Assembly: GCA_023539395.1 (NCBI GenBank)
Contig: JAKCEX010000002.1
Span: 2,680-66,679, forward strand
DNA: 64,000 nt
Source: Candidatus Geocrenenecus arthurdayi
GTDB taxonomy: Archaea; Thermoproteota; Nitrososphaeria_A; Caldarchaeales; Wolframiiraptoraceae
Direction of reading: 5' to 3'
The notes below the pieces were generated by a model that saw nothing but the letters and a program-made list of their open reading frames with translations, did no database searches and was not told the DNA's origin. The position numbers and the translations under genes were made by a program. Each line of letters starts with the position of its first letter. The stretch's first letter is position 1. Shown piece by piece: positions 1-10,285 of the stretch.

Positions 1-541
1 TAACAATCTTAGGTTTTACCAGGGCTACTGCTAATGCTGCTTCTCTTGGTCCCATAGTGTAGAATCCACCGATTGGTAGTAGAGCTATTGAAGGCTTGTA
101 TAATTGTCGGATAATCCTCATATCATGAAAAACTGTTGTATCTCCTGCATGATATATGCTGGTCTTACCATCCGATAACACTGCTCCACATGGATTAGAA
201 GACATAGAATGGAATGCTGGAGTCAAGGTTATAGATAGCCCATCTATCTTAACGGTTCCACCTATATTCATTCCAATGCAATTTTGTACTCCTTCGCTTG
301 AAGCTTTATTGGCTGTTTCATATACCGATACTACTGTAGAGTTATGCTTTTTCGCTATCTCAATAGAATCTCCAAAATGGTCTCCATGGTCATGTGTAAT
401 AACAATGATATCTATATGTTGAAGGTCCTCAGGCTTCAATGGGGACAGCGGATTCTCTTTCAAGAATGGATCAATTAAAACTCTTTTATCAGCTATCTCT
501 ATCTCGAAAGCTGCATGACCCAACCATTTAACAGAAACCAT
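1..541 (-). CDS. Metal-dependent hydrolase, metallo-beta-lactamase fold (UPF0173-like); C-terminal end runs off the window
   Basis: Not in the ORF track because there is no stop inside the window. My translation of the minus strand from the ATG at 541..539 gives MVSVKWLGHAAFEIEIADKRVLIDPFL...VITHDHGDHFGDSIE, which carries the HxHxDH zinc motif. The frame stays open to position 1. Track ORF 156..422(+) is its antisense shadow. Confidence 0.8.
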   Translation of the reverse strand, partial: MVSVKWLGHAAFEIEIADKRVLIDPFLKENPLSPLKPEDLQHIDIIVITHDHGDHFGDSIEIAKKHNSTVVSVYETANKASSEGVQNCIGMNIGGTVKIDGLSITLTPAFHSMSSNPCGAVLSDGKTSIYHAGDTTVFHDMRIIRQLYKPSIALLPIGGFYTMGPREAALAVALVKPKIV

Positions 542-675
542 ACATAAAAATCTATTAAAGAAATTATTAATACTTTCTTTAGAGTAAATGAAATTTATCT
601 TAAAATAAGAGGATGCAGAATGGAGAGTGAGAGATTTATCTTACTTTTATCCTCTCTAGAATAGGGAGGGCTGAG

Positions 676-2043
676 ATGGCGTTAACAGATATTACAGATT
701 ATGCAAGTAGAAGAATTACTAGAGTAGGTGCTCACAGCCATATTAAGGGTCTTGGGTTAGATGGTTTAAGAGCTAAGCCTATAGCTGATGGCCTTGTAGG
801 ACAGATTGAAGCACGTGAAGCTGCTGGAATAGTCGTTAAGATGATCAAGGAAGGGAAGATGGCTGGTAGAGCAGTATTATTTGCTGGCCCTCCAGGAACA
901 GGTAAGACAGCTATTGCTTATGGAATTGCTAAAGAGCTTGGTAAAGATGTACCTTTTGTTGCTTTGAGCGGTTCAGAGATTTATTCTTCAGAATTGAAGA
1001 AGACTGAGGTTCTTACTCAAGCTATGAGGAAAGCTATCGGTGTTAGATTGAGAGAGCAGAGACACGTATACGAAGGTGAGGTAGTCCAGCTGGACATAAA
1101 GACCCGGAAGCATCCCTATAACCCATATCAAGAAATTCCAGACCATGTTGTTCTCGGTTTAGCAACTAAGGATGATAGGAGAGTGTTTAAAGCAGGTCAG
1201 AGCATCGCTATCCACCTTATCCAGCAGGGAGTAACACTCGGTGACATAATAATGATAGATGCAGAAACAGGGAAAGTAACAAAGCTCGGTAGGTCTGAGG
1301 AAGCAGCTGAGAAATATGAGATAACTACATGGGAGGAGAAGCCTATACCTAGACCAACTGGACCCGTAGAGAAGAATAAAGAGTTTGTCTATGTCTTGAC
1401 ACTTCACGACCTTGACCAGATATCTGCACAACATCGAAGTGGAGGATTATTCAGTCTACTGTTCGGTGGTACGCCATCAAAGGAGATAGATTCAGAGATA
1501 AGGAAAGATGTTGATGAAATGGTTAAGAAGAGGCTTGAAGAAGGTACTGCAGAGATAATTCCAGGAGTACTCTTTATAGATGAAGTTCACCTACTCGATA
1601 TAGAAGCATTCTCATTCTTGAATGCAGCTATGGAGAGCGAGCTTGCACCGATACTCATATTTGCAAGTAATCGTGGAGTAACAAAAGTTAGAGGCACAGA
1701 TATAGAATCACCGCATGGGATCCCCCTAGACCTTCTAGATAGACTACTAATAATCAGTACTAGACCATATACTAGGGATGAGATTAAGAAGATTCTAGAG
1801 ATAAGAGCAGCTGAAGAGAAAGTAAAGATATCGAGTGAAGCTTTAGAAGCTTTAACAGATATTGGTGTTGAATCCACACTTAGATATGCTGTCCAACTTC
1901 TTAGGCCAAGCATGGAGATAGCGAAGGGAAATGGAAAAGAAGAAATAACAGTTCAAGACGTTATTGAAGCTAAGAAGCTATTCTCTGATATAAAGAGGAG
2001 CGTAGAAGAACTTAAAAGATTTGAGGAGTTAATGTTGAAGTAG
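676..2043 (+). CDS. RuvB-like AAA+ ATPase (TIP49/TBP-interacting protein homologue)
   Basis: RVGAHSHIKGLGLD signature, Walker A GPPGTGKTA, Walker B FIDEVHLLD. The 455 aa length is typical of the family. GGAGGG lies upstream of the ATG. Confidence 0.9.
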   Translation: MALTDITDYASRRITRVGAHSHIKGLGLDGLRAKPIADGLVGQIEAREAAGIVVKMIKEGKMAGRAVLFAGPPGTGKTAIAYGIAKELGKDVPFVALSGSEIYSSELKKTEVLTQAMRKAIGVRLREQRHVYEGEVVQLDIKTRKHPYNPYQEIPDHVVLGLATKDDRRVFKAGQSIAIHLIQQGVTLGDIIMIDAETGKVTKLGRSEEAAEKYEITTWEEKPIPRPTGPVEKNKEFVYVLTLHDLDQISAQHRSGGLFSLLFGGTPSKEIDSEIRKDVDEMVKKRLEEGTAEIIPGVLFIDEVHLLDIEAFSFLNAAMESELAPILIFASNRGVTKVRGTDIESPHGIPLDLLDRLLIISTRPYTRDEIKKILEIRAAEEKVKISSEALEALTDIGVESTLRYAVQLLRPSMEIAKGNGKEEITVQDVIEAKKLFSDIKRSVEELKRFEELMLK

Positions 2044-2044
2044 A

Positions 2045-2704
2045 ATGGGTAAGCTTATCTGTGGAATAGATGAAGCTGGAAGAGGCTCCGTAATAGGACC
2101 AATGGTTATAGCTGGAATTCTAATAAATGAAGAAAAAATAAACGAATTGACCAACTTAAAGGTTAGAGATTCTAAAGAAGTCAAACCAGAGGAAAGAGAA
2201 AAACTCTACGATGAGATTTTGAAGATAGCTAAGACGTGGAAGATAATAATACTAACTGCTAAGGAAGTAGATTCAGAAACTAGAAGAAATAAGATGATGG
2301 GAATAAACCATCTAGAAGCAAGGAAATTCATCGAGATAATAAATGAGCTTAAACCAGACATAGCTTACATCGATTTACCATCTAGAAACCCTGAAAAATT
2401 CAGGTCGATAATATATCAAATGCTGAAGCATGAATGTCAACTCATCTTAGAGCACAAAGCAGATAAAAAATATCCAGCTACGTCTGCAGCATCTATAATA
2501 GCCAAGGTTACTAGAGATAGAGAGATAAAGAAGCTTAAAGAAAAATTTGGAGATTTCGGGTCAGGATACCCCCACGACCCTAAAACAAGAAGGTTCATTA
2601 GAGAAATACTTAAGTCGAGTAGTGAAGCACAAGAATACATTAGATTGAGCTGGCAAACAATAAAAAGAGTTATGCAGACGAGGCTAGAAGAGCATGGGGA
2701 CTAG
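2045..2704 (+). CDS. rnhB: Ribonuclease HII
   Basis: N-terminal GIDEAGRGSVIGPMVIAG catalytic motif, 219 aa. It starts 1 nt after the TIP49 stop. Confidence 0.92.
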   Translation: MGKLICGIDEAGRGSVIGPMVIAGILINEEKINELTNLKVRDSKEVKPEEREKLYDEILKIAKTWKIIILTAKEVDSETRRNKMMGINHLEARKFIEIINELKPDIAYIDLPSRNPEKFRSIIYQMLKHECQLILEHKADKKYPATSAASIIAKVTRDREIKKLKEKFGDFGSGYPHDPKTRRFIREILKSSSEAQEYIRLSWQTIKRVMQTRLEEHGD

Positions 2705-3257
2705 TTTGAGGATACTCTATGCTTTAACGGGGCCACCTGGATGTGGTAAGACTACAGCCATTCTAAAAATTAACAATATACTGAAATCATCGAATGTAAA
2801 GATTGATGGAATGTATACTGAAGAGATCAGGATTTCAGGGAGACGTGTAGGGTTTAGAGTAACTAGGATTGCTACTGGAGAGAGCGGGGTCATGGCCCAC
2901 GTAGATTTCAAGAGTTCTTATAGAATCGGTAAATACTTTATTGATATCAAGACTCTAGAAACAATTGGTGTTGCAGGGATACTGAATGGGCTAGACTCTG
3001 CAGAAGTAGTAATCATTGATGAGGTTGGACCGATGGAACTCTACAGCAATAGCTTCATTAATGCTGTCAGGAGGCTCTTATCACGTGATATTCCCGCTAT
3101 ATTAACAGTCCACTATAGAGCATCCCACCCCATAGTCTATGATGTTAAGAAGACTGCAGGTGATAGATTAATAACTTTAAATGAGAGTAATAGAGATAGA
3201 ATCCCCTACGATGTATCAAGAGAGATTCTAGAAACCCTAGGGAAATCAGCTTCTTAA
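2694..3257 (+). CDS. Nucleoside-triphosphatase, THEP1/NTPCR family
   Basis: Walker A GPPGCGKTT, Walker B VVIIDEVGPMEL, 187 aa. It overlaps rnhB by 11 nt. Confidence 0.8.
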   Translation: MGTSLRILYALTGPPGCGKTTAILKINNILKSSNVKIDGMYTEEIRISGRRVGFRVTRIATGESGVMAHVDFKSSYRIGKYFIDIKTLETIGVAGILNGLDSAEVVIIDEVGPMELYSNSFINAVRRLLSRDIPAILTVHYRASHPIVYDVKKTAGDRLITLNESNRDRIPYDVSREILETLGKSAS

Positions 3258-3499
3258 AGAATAGCTTTAATCTAGCATTCTTAAAATCAAATCCATCCAT
3301 CTATCTTGAAGAATCTTCTACGATACCGTATCATTATTATGATTTCTTGATGGTTGGTAATGGAGTATTCCAAGAATCCTTTCTTTAACGATACACCATA
3401 TAACAGGTTCTCTCTAATTACCATATAGACTAAAACTGAGAATACTCAAGATATTCAGGGTCATTTAAATTCAATGAGGAAACATATTGTTGAGATCTT

Positions 3500-3856
3500 C
3501 TATAGAGCTAGTAAACCAATGTATTCTAATTCTCCTGTAATTGGGTTTACTCTATAACCCATACTCTCTAGAGCTACTACTCCTAGGACTGCTGAATCTC
3601 CTTCTTCACCCATTACGACTTCAACAATCGCTTCAGCTTCTCTGTATCTTACTCTAGCAAATGATACATCACGGTCAATTAATTCACCACTTATAGTCTT
3701 GAACTTCTTTCTCCCAATAGGTTCTAGACCTATTTTTTCTAGTATCTTCTTAGGTATCCAAGGTAGTGTAGCTCCAGTATCAACTAGTAATTCAACTTCT
3801 TCTCTTAAAAGCTTGATCGGGTTTTCTATAATTATCTTCACGTATGTTAAGCCCAT
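3500..3856 (-). CDS. Retropepsin-like (clan AA) aspartic protease domain protein
   Basis: A 118-aa protein with LLVDTGAT, the D-T/S-G-A aspartic protease signature. The size fits a single-lobe retropepsin fold. Confidence 0.65.
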   Translation of the reverse strand: MGLTYVKIIIENPIKLLREEVELLVDTGATLPWIPKKILEKIGLEPIGRKKFKTISGELIDRDVSFARVRYREAEAIVEVVMGEEGDSAVLGVVALESMGYRVNPITGELEYIGLLAL

Positions 3857-3943
3857 GGTCTTAAAATCCTCTACTCGATAGATTATAATCCCAACTTAAT
3901 AACAGTTACTACTATTGTTATCCGATTTCGGTATGGTTTTCTG

Positions 3944-4816
3944 CTAAAGTCTTTGATGGAAAATTATATAGGAGATAAGGTGAGCTCCATGAGATGCTGA
4001 TACTCCTCTATCGATTAATGGATTCGCTTCTACAACATCTAGCCCTATGATTTTCTCTATAGGTATCTTGTTAAGAAACTTGTTTATCTGTATGTATGTT
4101 AAACCTCTAGGGGATGGATTGGATACTCCGATAATACCTTGCTGTTCCAGTACGTCTAAGTCTATGCTGACATAGATTTTCCCAGAATCTTTCAAGAAGT
4201 TATTAAATCTGTCTACTGCTTCATCAATATTCTTTTCTATACTCTCAGTTGAGATAAGTAGGTCAACATTCTTCTCAGCATATTCTAATTCTTCTCTTGA
4301 GAAGTCTCTACACCCTACTACTGCTACCTTGCCTGTCTTCTTCTCTAAGAATCTTCTAAGCCATGTTGCATGGTTTATTCTTGTATCCATAAACTCACTA
4401 CGTAAATCTAAATGTGCATCAAAAATTATTACTGTTGGTTCAACATGCTTGGCTAGAGCTTTTAATGAAGCTAGTGTCAAGGTATGCTCCCCACCCAATA
4501 TAATGGGCTTCTTCTCATCTCCGATTATCTTCTCTACGACTCTGTACACTCTCTTCAACATCCATCTAACATTAACAGTAGGTACTAAGTCTCCAAGGTC
4601 AGCGATCCTAAGACATACTTCATCCATATCTGGATAATCTATATTCTCTGAGAATATTCGGATAGCAAGTGGACCAAATCTACACCCTGGGATAAAAGTA
4701 GTAGTAGAATCAAATGGGACTCCAAATACTATGTATTCTGCATTTTCATAATCTTCTCCAACGCTGAACAAGCTTAACCTACTCTTAAGATACAATCTTA
4801 GAATATCATTCTGCAT
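3944..4816 (-). CDS. speB: Agmatinase / ureohydrolase family
   Basis: Arginase-fold metal motifs GGEHTLT, DAHLDLR and SIDLDVL, 290 aa. Confidence 0.85.
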   Translation of the reverse strand: MQNDILRLYLKSRLSLFSVGEDYENAEYIVFGVPFDSTTTFIPGCRFGPLAIRIFSENIDYPDMDEVCLRIADLGDLVPTVNVRWMLKRVYRVVEKIIGDEKKPIILGGEHTLTLASLKALAKHVEPTVIIFDAHLDLRSEFMDTRINHATWLRRFLEKKTGKVAVVGCRDFSREELEYAEKNVDLLISTESIEKNIDEAVDRFNNFLKDSGKIYVSIDLDVLEQQGIIGVSNPSPRGLTYIQINKFLNKIPIEKIIGLDVVEANPLIDRGVSASHGAHLISYIIFHQRL

Positions 4817-4900
4817 GGTTTTTCTACATTGAATGTAAGAATGAGCCTATAAAGATTATGCCTAGAGAATGTTTATCAGATATTCTAGATCTGACTCAGT

Positions 4901-7138
4901 ATGATGTACCGTAGACTCGTAGCTACACTCTTACTAGCGTTTGTTTCACGTATTGTTCTTTCACCCTTTTTCGGTCATCCTTGGGACATGTACATCTGGT
5001 TTAAGTCTGGAGAACTCGCCTTATCTAATATAAACATATATCTACTGGAGAACCCTGTTGATTATCCTTGGGGTTTCTATGCTTATCCACCTACATGGTT
5101 ATACTGGCTAGCAATCGTAGCTATGATTGGAAGAGTAATCGAGAATCTATACTTTACCGTCTTCATGATAAAACTCCCAATAATCGTATCAGACATATTA
5201 GTAGGGCTTGTAATTTTCAGGATTGCTAAGAAGCTTGGATATGGTGAGAAGAAAGCATTTATTATCTCATGTATCTGGTTGTTTAATCCAATTACATTTT
5301 TTATTTCATCGATTTGGGGGATGTTTGATTCCATAGCAGTACTCTTCATGCTTGCAGCTCTCTCATCAATACTGGATAGGAAGTATACCCGAGCAGGCGT
5401 TCTAACAGGTATAGGCATCTCCATAAAACTTTTACCTGCTCTACTTATCCCACCTTCAATAATATACCTCATTAAGTCTAAGCAGGAAAGAAAGTGGAAT
5501 GTCTTGGCGAACCTCTTAATTATTCCATCAGCAGTCTTCGTACTATTCTCTCTACCATTCTTAAACACCCCAGTCCAATACTTAACACATATACTACAGC
5601 ATGCAGAGAGTGTCGGAACATTTACCTACTGGACAGCTTTATCTACAGTAATCAATACATCCATTTTCTGGTTTGTGCCTATACTAGTATACAGCATCGT
5701 TTTAGCTTCATCTTTTAGAAAGCTTAAAAATGGAGTGCATGAATATATTAGGACTCTGGGAGCAACAGTCTTAACATTCATAGCTATGTCGCCTAAGGTC
5801 AATATACAGCATACATTAACATTTATCCCCTTAGTCCTATTGTATTACAGGTTCCTAGACCATAAAGATGTAATTTACAGGTTTACATATCTAGTAGCTG
5901 CTGGAGCCGTCTGGCTAGCTTCCTCTCTAACAATATTATCAAATTATAGCTTAGAGTATATTGGTAGGATCTATACTCCAGATACATATGATTTCGGAGT
6001 AGGAGCCATAGCTCTTATCGTTAGCTCTGTATTAGGTGGAGTATTCATGGTTAGATTAATGCTTGAGATGCTGGGACTAAGAAATATAGAATATAGAATC
6101 ATTAATAAGAGATGGGGAATAATAGGTATATTGGTATCCTTCCTACTCATGTTTTCAGTATCTGCAACCCCTTCTGGAGTATCTCTACCTGAAGCTGAGA
6201 TTAGAATAGGTATCCCGGAAAGTGTTGATTCAGCTTTCACCCCTAGAAGCAGTATAAGCATCGACTCTTATCTTAAACACTACGATGTAAACTACGTTGT
6301 TTTAGCATGGTCCCCGGACTTCGTAAACACCTATGAGAAGCTTAACTATAGTAAAGATATAACAGAATATGCTAGATTCCGAGCAGGCTCAAATAAATGG
6401 ACGATGGGTGATGTTATATGGTTAATTAATGAGCTACATTTTAGGAGGGTGAAAGTACTATTAGGAGTCTATCTTAAAATTGAAGAGATTAAACCTCATT
6501 ATGGTGTACAAGGATACTCTGTAGAGTGGGTTAAACGACACCCAGAAGTAATCAGTGAAGCAGACATCCTACTATTCAATAATACTATAAAGATTGATAA
6601 TTCCAGCGTCCGTCCTTATTCAAGGTATTTTGCTGAAAAGATTGGAAAAATAATTAAAGATATGGGGTACGATGGAGTCTACTTAATGGGTTGGAGTAAT
6701 TGGAAGAAGAATACTCATGGTTTATCTCACATTATTCCTCTTATCAATGAATTAAAGAAGAGGGGGGAAACAGTATTCATTGAGGGTCCAGAATCAACAT
6801 ACTGTATAGAGGAGACTGTAAATCTCGTAGAATTATCTGATTATGTTATCTTAAAGACTGCTCCATGGGTATATACAGTATACTATGCTAGAACTGATAA
6901 TGTAACTTTGACAGATTACAAAAATTATATTAGCGAGTTATTTTCAAGACTTGATGAAGATAGCAAGAAGAAAGTCTTGTTCAGCTTATATCTACTAGAT
7001 TTCGTAGATGGATGGACTACTCCTGCAACTCAACTCTATATAGAAGCTAGAGAATTTCACAATATGGGATTAACGACAGGATATGCATTATATTACACAA
7101 GTAGATATGTCCCCTACAGAATCTCAATTGAGCGGTAA
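4901..7138 (+). CDS. Polytopic membrane protein with a GT-C-like glycosyltransferase N-terminal half and a large soluble C-terminal domain
   Basis: The first ~430 aa hold more than 10 hydrophobic helices and start FFGHPWDMYIW...YPPTWLYWL, resembling DUF2029/PMT-type GT-C enzymes. The last ~310 aa are hydrophilic. The AglB WWDYG motif is absent. Confidence 0.5.
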   Translation: MMYRRLVATLLLAFVSRIVLSPFFGHPWDMYIWFKSGELALSNINIYLLENPVDYPWGFYAYPPTWLYWLAIVAMIGRVIENLYFTVFMIKLPIIVSDILVGLVIFRIAKKLGYGEKKAFIISCIWLFNPITFFISSIWGMFDSIAVLFMLAALSSILDRKYTRAGVLTGIGISIKLLPALLIPPSIIYLIKSKQERKWNVLANLLIIPSAVFVLFSLPFLNTPVQYLTHILQHAESVGTFTYWTALSTVINTSIFWFVPILVYSIVLASSFRKLKNGVHEYIRTLGATVLTFIAMSPKVNIQHTLTFIPLVLLYYRFLDHKDVIYRFTYLVAAGAVWLASSLTILSNYSLEYIGRIYTPDTYDFGVGAIALIVSSVLGGVFMVRLMLEMLGLRNIEYRIINKRWGIIGILVSFLLMFSVSATPSGVSLPEAEIRIGIPESVDSAFTPRSSISIDSYLKHYDVNYVVLAWSPDFVNTYEKLNYSKDITEYARFRAGSNKWTMGDVIWLINELHFRRVKVLLGVYLKIEEIKPHYGVQGYSVEWVKRHPEVISEADILLFNNTIKIDNSSVRPYSRYFAEKIGKIIKDMGYDGVYLMGWSNWKKNTHGLSHIIPLINELKKRGETVFIEGPESTYCIEETVNLVELSDYVILKTAPWVYTVYYARTDNVTLTDYKNYISELFSRLDEDSKKKVLFSLYLLDFVDGWTTPATQLYIEAREFHNMGLTTGYALYYTSRYVPYRISIER

Positions 7139-7180
7139 CCTTACCCAGACTATAAGATCTAGAATATTGTAGTGGATAGG

Positions 7181-7651
7181 TTATTCTTCGGGAATCCGTC
7201 TCCATACTGCGATTTGAGGATAAAGTTTTCCATCTCTTGAGACCCTAGCAGATCCAAGATAGATCTTGTCTATCTTACCTACAATATATCGACTGTCAGT
7301 ATTGATGGATAGATGGATAGGTGCTCCACGCATCCATTCTCTACATTCTTCTTCACTCAATTCTACTACATTCTTAGTTATTTGATTGTTTAATAGCTGG
7401 CTCCCCTCGATAGATAAGAAGACATCATTCTTATTCCTTCTATATTTTGCTACATACAATCCTATCTGTAAAACTTTTCTAAGTTTTCTAGCAACTTCAA
7501 TTGTTTCAAGAGTTGTTGCTCTTATCTTGCTATCGCCTCCCATTACTAAGATGAATTCTTCAAAGGCCTCCTTAACCCCATGCTGCTGATATAATAACTC
7601 CTGTAATATTTTCTTCTCAGAATCGTTTAGAATCTTCATATCTTTAACCAC
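7181..7651 (-). CDS. Nip7-like PUA-domain RNA-binding protein (UPF0113-like)
   Basis: A 156-aa protein whose C-terminal half (VVELSEEECREWMRGAPI...YIVGKIDKIYLGSARV) resembles a PUA domain. It lies directly downstream of the NOL1/NOP2 methylase and overlaps it by 8 nt. Confidence 0.6.
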   Translation of the reverse strand: MVKDMKILNDSEKKILQELLYQQHGVKEAFEEFILVMGGDSKIRATTLETIEVARKLRKVLQIGLYVAKYRRNKNDVFLSIEGSQLLNNQITKNVVELSEEECREWMRGAPIHLSINTDSRYIVGKIDKIYLGSARVSRDGKLYPQIAVWRRIPEE

Positions 7652-8579
7652 CTTTCCTAATCTTTACGATGTAGAAACCTTCTGCATTATTATGATATGG
7701 ATATATTCTCAAACTCTTAGATAATTCATCACTCAGCTTCATATTATTCCACTCCGTTAATCCTTCTTCATACCTTAATCCATTCAGCTTAATTTCTTCA
7801 ATATACGCATTACTTCTAGACCTAAGTAATTTGTGGACTACGAGCTCATTTTCTTCAACTGTTAATGTGCAGGTCGAATATACTAGGGTTCCACCTAGTT
7901 TTAAACAATCGAATGCAGCTCTAAGAAGCTGGAATTGTAGTCTAGATAGCCTAATAACATTATGGATAGACCAGTTTTTTACTACACTCCAATCTTTACT
8001 CACTATCCCTAAAGAGCTACAAGGTGCATCCACGAGGACTCTATCAAAGAATTCTCTAGCTATCTTTGGAAAGACTCTCCCATCCAATGTAGTTACTACA
8101 ACATTGTATACTCCAAGCCTCTGAAGGTTTGATGATAATGCTTTACACCTATCTATCACTGGGTCATTCGCTATGAGTACCCCTCTACCTTGAAGGATCT
8201 GGGAGATCTGGGTACTCTTACTTCCAGGTGCAGCACACATATCAAGTATTATCTCACCTGGCCTTGGATCTAGGGCTTCTACAGAGGCCATGGATACTGG
8301 ACCTTGGAGATAGATTAATCCAAGCATATGCTCTATGGTAGTGCTAAGCTCGAATTCCTCCTCCAAGATGTAGCCATACCTAGCCCATGGAATCTTCCTG
8401 AAGAGAATATTCTTCTTTCTCAACCTCTCCAATATGTATTCTTCTGGAAGCTTCAAAGTATTCACTCTGAAACCCTCGGGAAGAGGCCTACTCCAAGAAT
8501 CAATTAAAAGATCATACTCTAGACTAGGTATCCTCGCTAAGTAATCTCTCAGTTCATCTTTCATAAATGATTCAATCAT
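7644..8579 (-). CDS. NOL1/NOP2/Sun-family RNA (cytosine-C5)-methyltransferase
   Basis: SAM motif DMCAAPGSKSTQ and catalytic-Cys motifs DAPCSSLG and TLVYSTCT. Confidence 0.88.
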   Translation of the reverse strand: MIESFMKDELRDYLARIPSLEYDLLIDSWSRPLPEGFRVNTLKLPEEYILERLRKKNILFRKIPWARYGYILEEEFELSTTIEHMLGLIYLQGPVSMASVEALDPRPGEIILDMCAAPGSKSTQISQILQGRGVLIANDPVIDRCKALSSNLQRLGVYNVVVTTLDGRVFPKIAREFFDRVLVDAPCSSLGIVSKDWSVVKNWSIHNVIRLSRLQFQLLRAAFDCLKLGGTLVYSTCTLTVEENELVVHKLLRSRSNAYIEEIKLNGLRYEEGLTEWNNMKLSDELSKSLRIYPYHNNAEGFYIVKIRKGG

Positions 8580-8882
8580 TCCCTACATAGATTCAATAAG
8601 AAATGAGAATATAACTCTAAGATGCTTCTTCCCAGCTGAGATTAAGATACTCTTTCAAGAACTCAAACTTAATGTGCTCTCCCTACAGCATATTCATACA
8701 TGTCTCATCCTAACCATCCTATACAAAGAACTTTCAGATACTCTATATCCAACTTAGACAGCACACTTCATATATTGGCATATTTCAGAAAGAGGTCAAC
8801 CCCTCTGAGACATCTATATTCTTATTTCCTCCCTGAAAACTGAGAAGATACATTTATAGACAACTATTACCTTATCTTAACC

Positions 8883-9344
8883 ATGGGTTCTCATTGGGTA
8901 TTCATTGTTAAGGACCATAAGTTAATGGGTAGGACTATACCTGCCATGGAGGTTTTGAAGGACCGTGTTAAGAATAAGTTCTGGTCTCTAAGTTCAAAGG
9001 CAAGAAATGTTAAGAAAATTAAGCCTGGAGATTACGTACTCTTCTATATAACTGGGAAAGATGAGAGAGGATTTGGAGGATATGGTGTTATAGCTACGGA
9101 ACCTCACCCAGTAACCCCTGAGCAGAGGTTTCATATAGTTGGTATGCCTTCAGAAGCTTTTGATTACGCAGTTGATTTCTCAGAAGCAGTAGTATGGGAT
9201 AAACCTATAGCTTTAGAAGAATTAGGAGATAAGCTGTCTATACTGAAGGGTAGGCGCTCCCTGAAAATACCATTTCGTGGAAGCATAATTAAGATAACTG
9301 AAGAAGATTTTCAAACAGTAATACAATACGAGAAACCTCCATGA
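8883..9344 (+). CDS. EVE/PUA-like (ASCH-superfamily) domain protein
   Basis: HWVFIVK...IKPGDYVLFYITG...GFGGYGVI matches the EVE-domain pattern (W near the N-terminus, GD-x-hhhY, G-h-G). 153 aa. Confidence 0.5.
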   Translation: MGSHWVFIVKDHKLMGRTIPAMEVLKDRVKNKFWSLSSKARNVKKIKPGDYVLFYITGKDERGFGGYGVIATEPHPVTPEQRFHIVGMPSEAFDYAVDFSEAVVWDKPIALEELGDKLSILKGRRSLKIPFRGSIIKITEEDFQTVIQYEKPP

Positions 9345-9402
9345 TCATCTACGCCTAGATGATTCAATCATTTTTAGATGAATAGTGTTCGGCTTTATTC
9401 TT

Positions 9403-10209
9403 CTAGATAATGGGGGGCAGATGCTTTATCTCAAGAAGGGATGGTGGCATCTTCCTCTTATGCTCAGTTTCATAATACCTTCTACAAACCCATACAGCTA
9501 TATCAATAGGTAGCTCAGCCCTCTTAGCTGCTTCTTCAATCCCTAATCCTTCATCAAATATATTAAATAATAATATGTCTAGCTTACTATAATCTACTGG
9601 TAGTTCATTTAATGCAACATGTCCAGGGAAGAGCCTAGGAGCTGAAGGTTTAGTATATATTCGTCTCGGTAAATCTAGGTATGCAGCCAGCTGACGTAGC
9701 TGCGTTTTGTATAGATGTGCGATAGGTAGGAAATCAACTCCTCCATCTCCATACTTTGTATAGTATCCTATCAAGATCTCACTCTTATCTCCTGTTCCAG
9801 CGACAAGCCCACCTATAAGATTTGCATAAAAATAAAGGAGGCACATCCTAATCCTTGCTCTTAGATTACCAAAAGCCATCCTATACTTTTCATCTTCTGG
9901 GTTCAGTTTTAGTGACTCTGCATAACTATCAAGTATCCGGTCTATAGAGATGACCTTGTAGTTTATGCCTAAATGGTTGGCCAGCCATATAGCATCTTCA
10001 ATATCTTCTTGAGGTGTAAAGTATGTAGGCATAATTAATCCTTGAACCCTCTCTGAACCTAGAGCTTTAACTAGTAAAGCAGATGTAACACTACTATCGA
10101 GACCGCCGCTCAGCCCAACTACTACATCCTTCTCCCCTACAATCTTCTGAATAAACTCAACTATCTCCTTAACAACTTTTTGAAAATCAAGTTTCAAAAA
10201 ATCCATCAA
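9403..10209 (-). CDS. nadE: NH3-dependent NAD+ synthetase
   Basis: PP-loop GLSGGLDSSV plus GTGDKSE and YTKYGDGG motifs, 268 aa. Confidence 0.9.
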   Translation of the reverse strand: MMDFLKLDFQKVVKEIVEFIQKIVGEKDVVVGLSGGLDSSVTSALLVKALGSERVQGLIMPTYFTPQEDIEDAIWLANHLGINYKVISIDRILDSYAESLKLNPEDEKYRMAFGNLRARIRMCLLYFYANLIGGLVAGTGDKSEILIGYYTKYGDGGVDFLPIAHLYKTQLRQLAAYLDLPRRIYTKPSAPRLFPGHVALNELPVDYSKLDILLFNIFDEGLGIEEAAKRAELPIDIAVWVCRRYYETEHKRKMPPSLLEIKHLPPII

Positions 10210-10285
10210 GTAAGATTACGCCTACAGCTTCAATTAAAGCAGCCAATATTAATATTTTATTTAAAGTTTAATACAGTATGTAACG

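Noticed and set aside
156-422. This and many other 60-160-aa ORFs in the track lie antisense to or inside long genes. Examples are 1159..1434, 1587..1913, 5083..5568, 11916..12335, 26549..26923, 38614..39060, 48497..48967, 56734..57171 and 59213..59542.
   Set aside because: Each is fully embedded opposite a longer ORF with clear family motifs. Their translations are low-complexity and Ser/Leu/Ile-rich, typical of shadow ORFs in AT-rich DNA.
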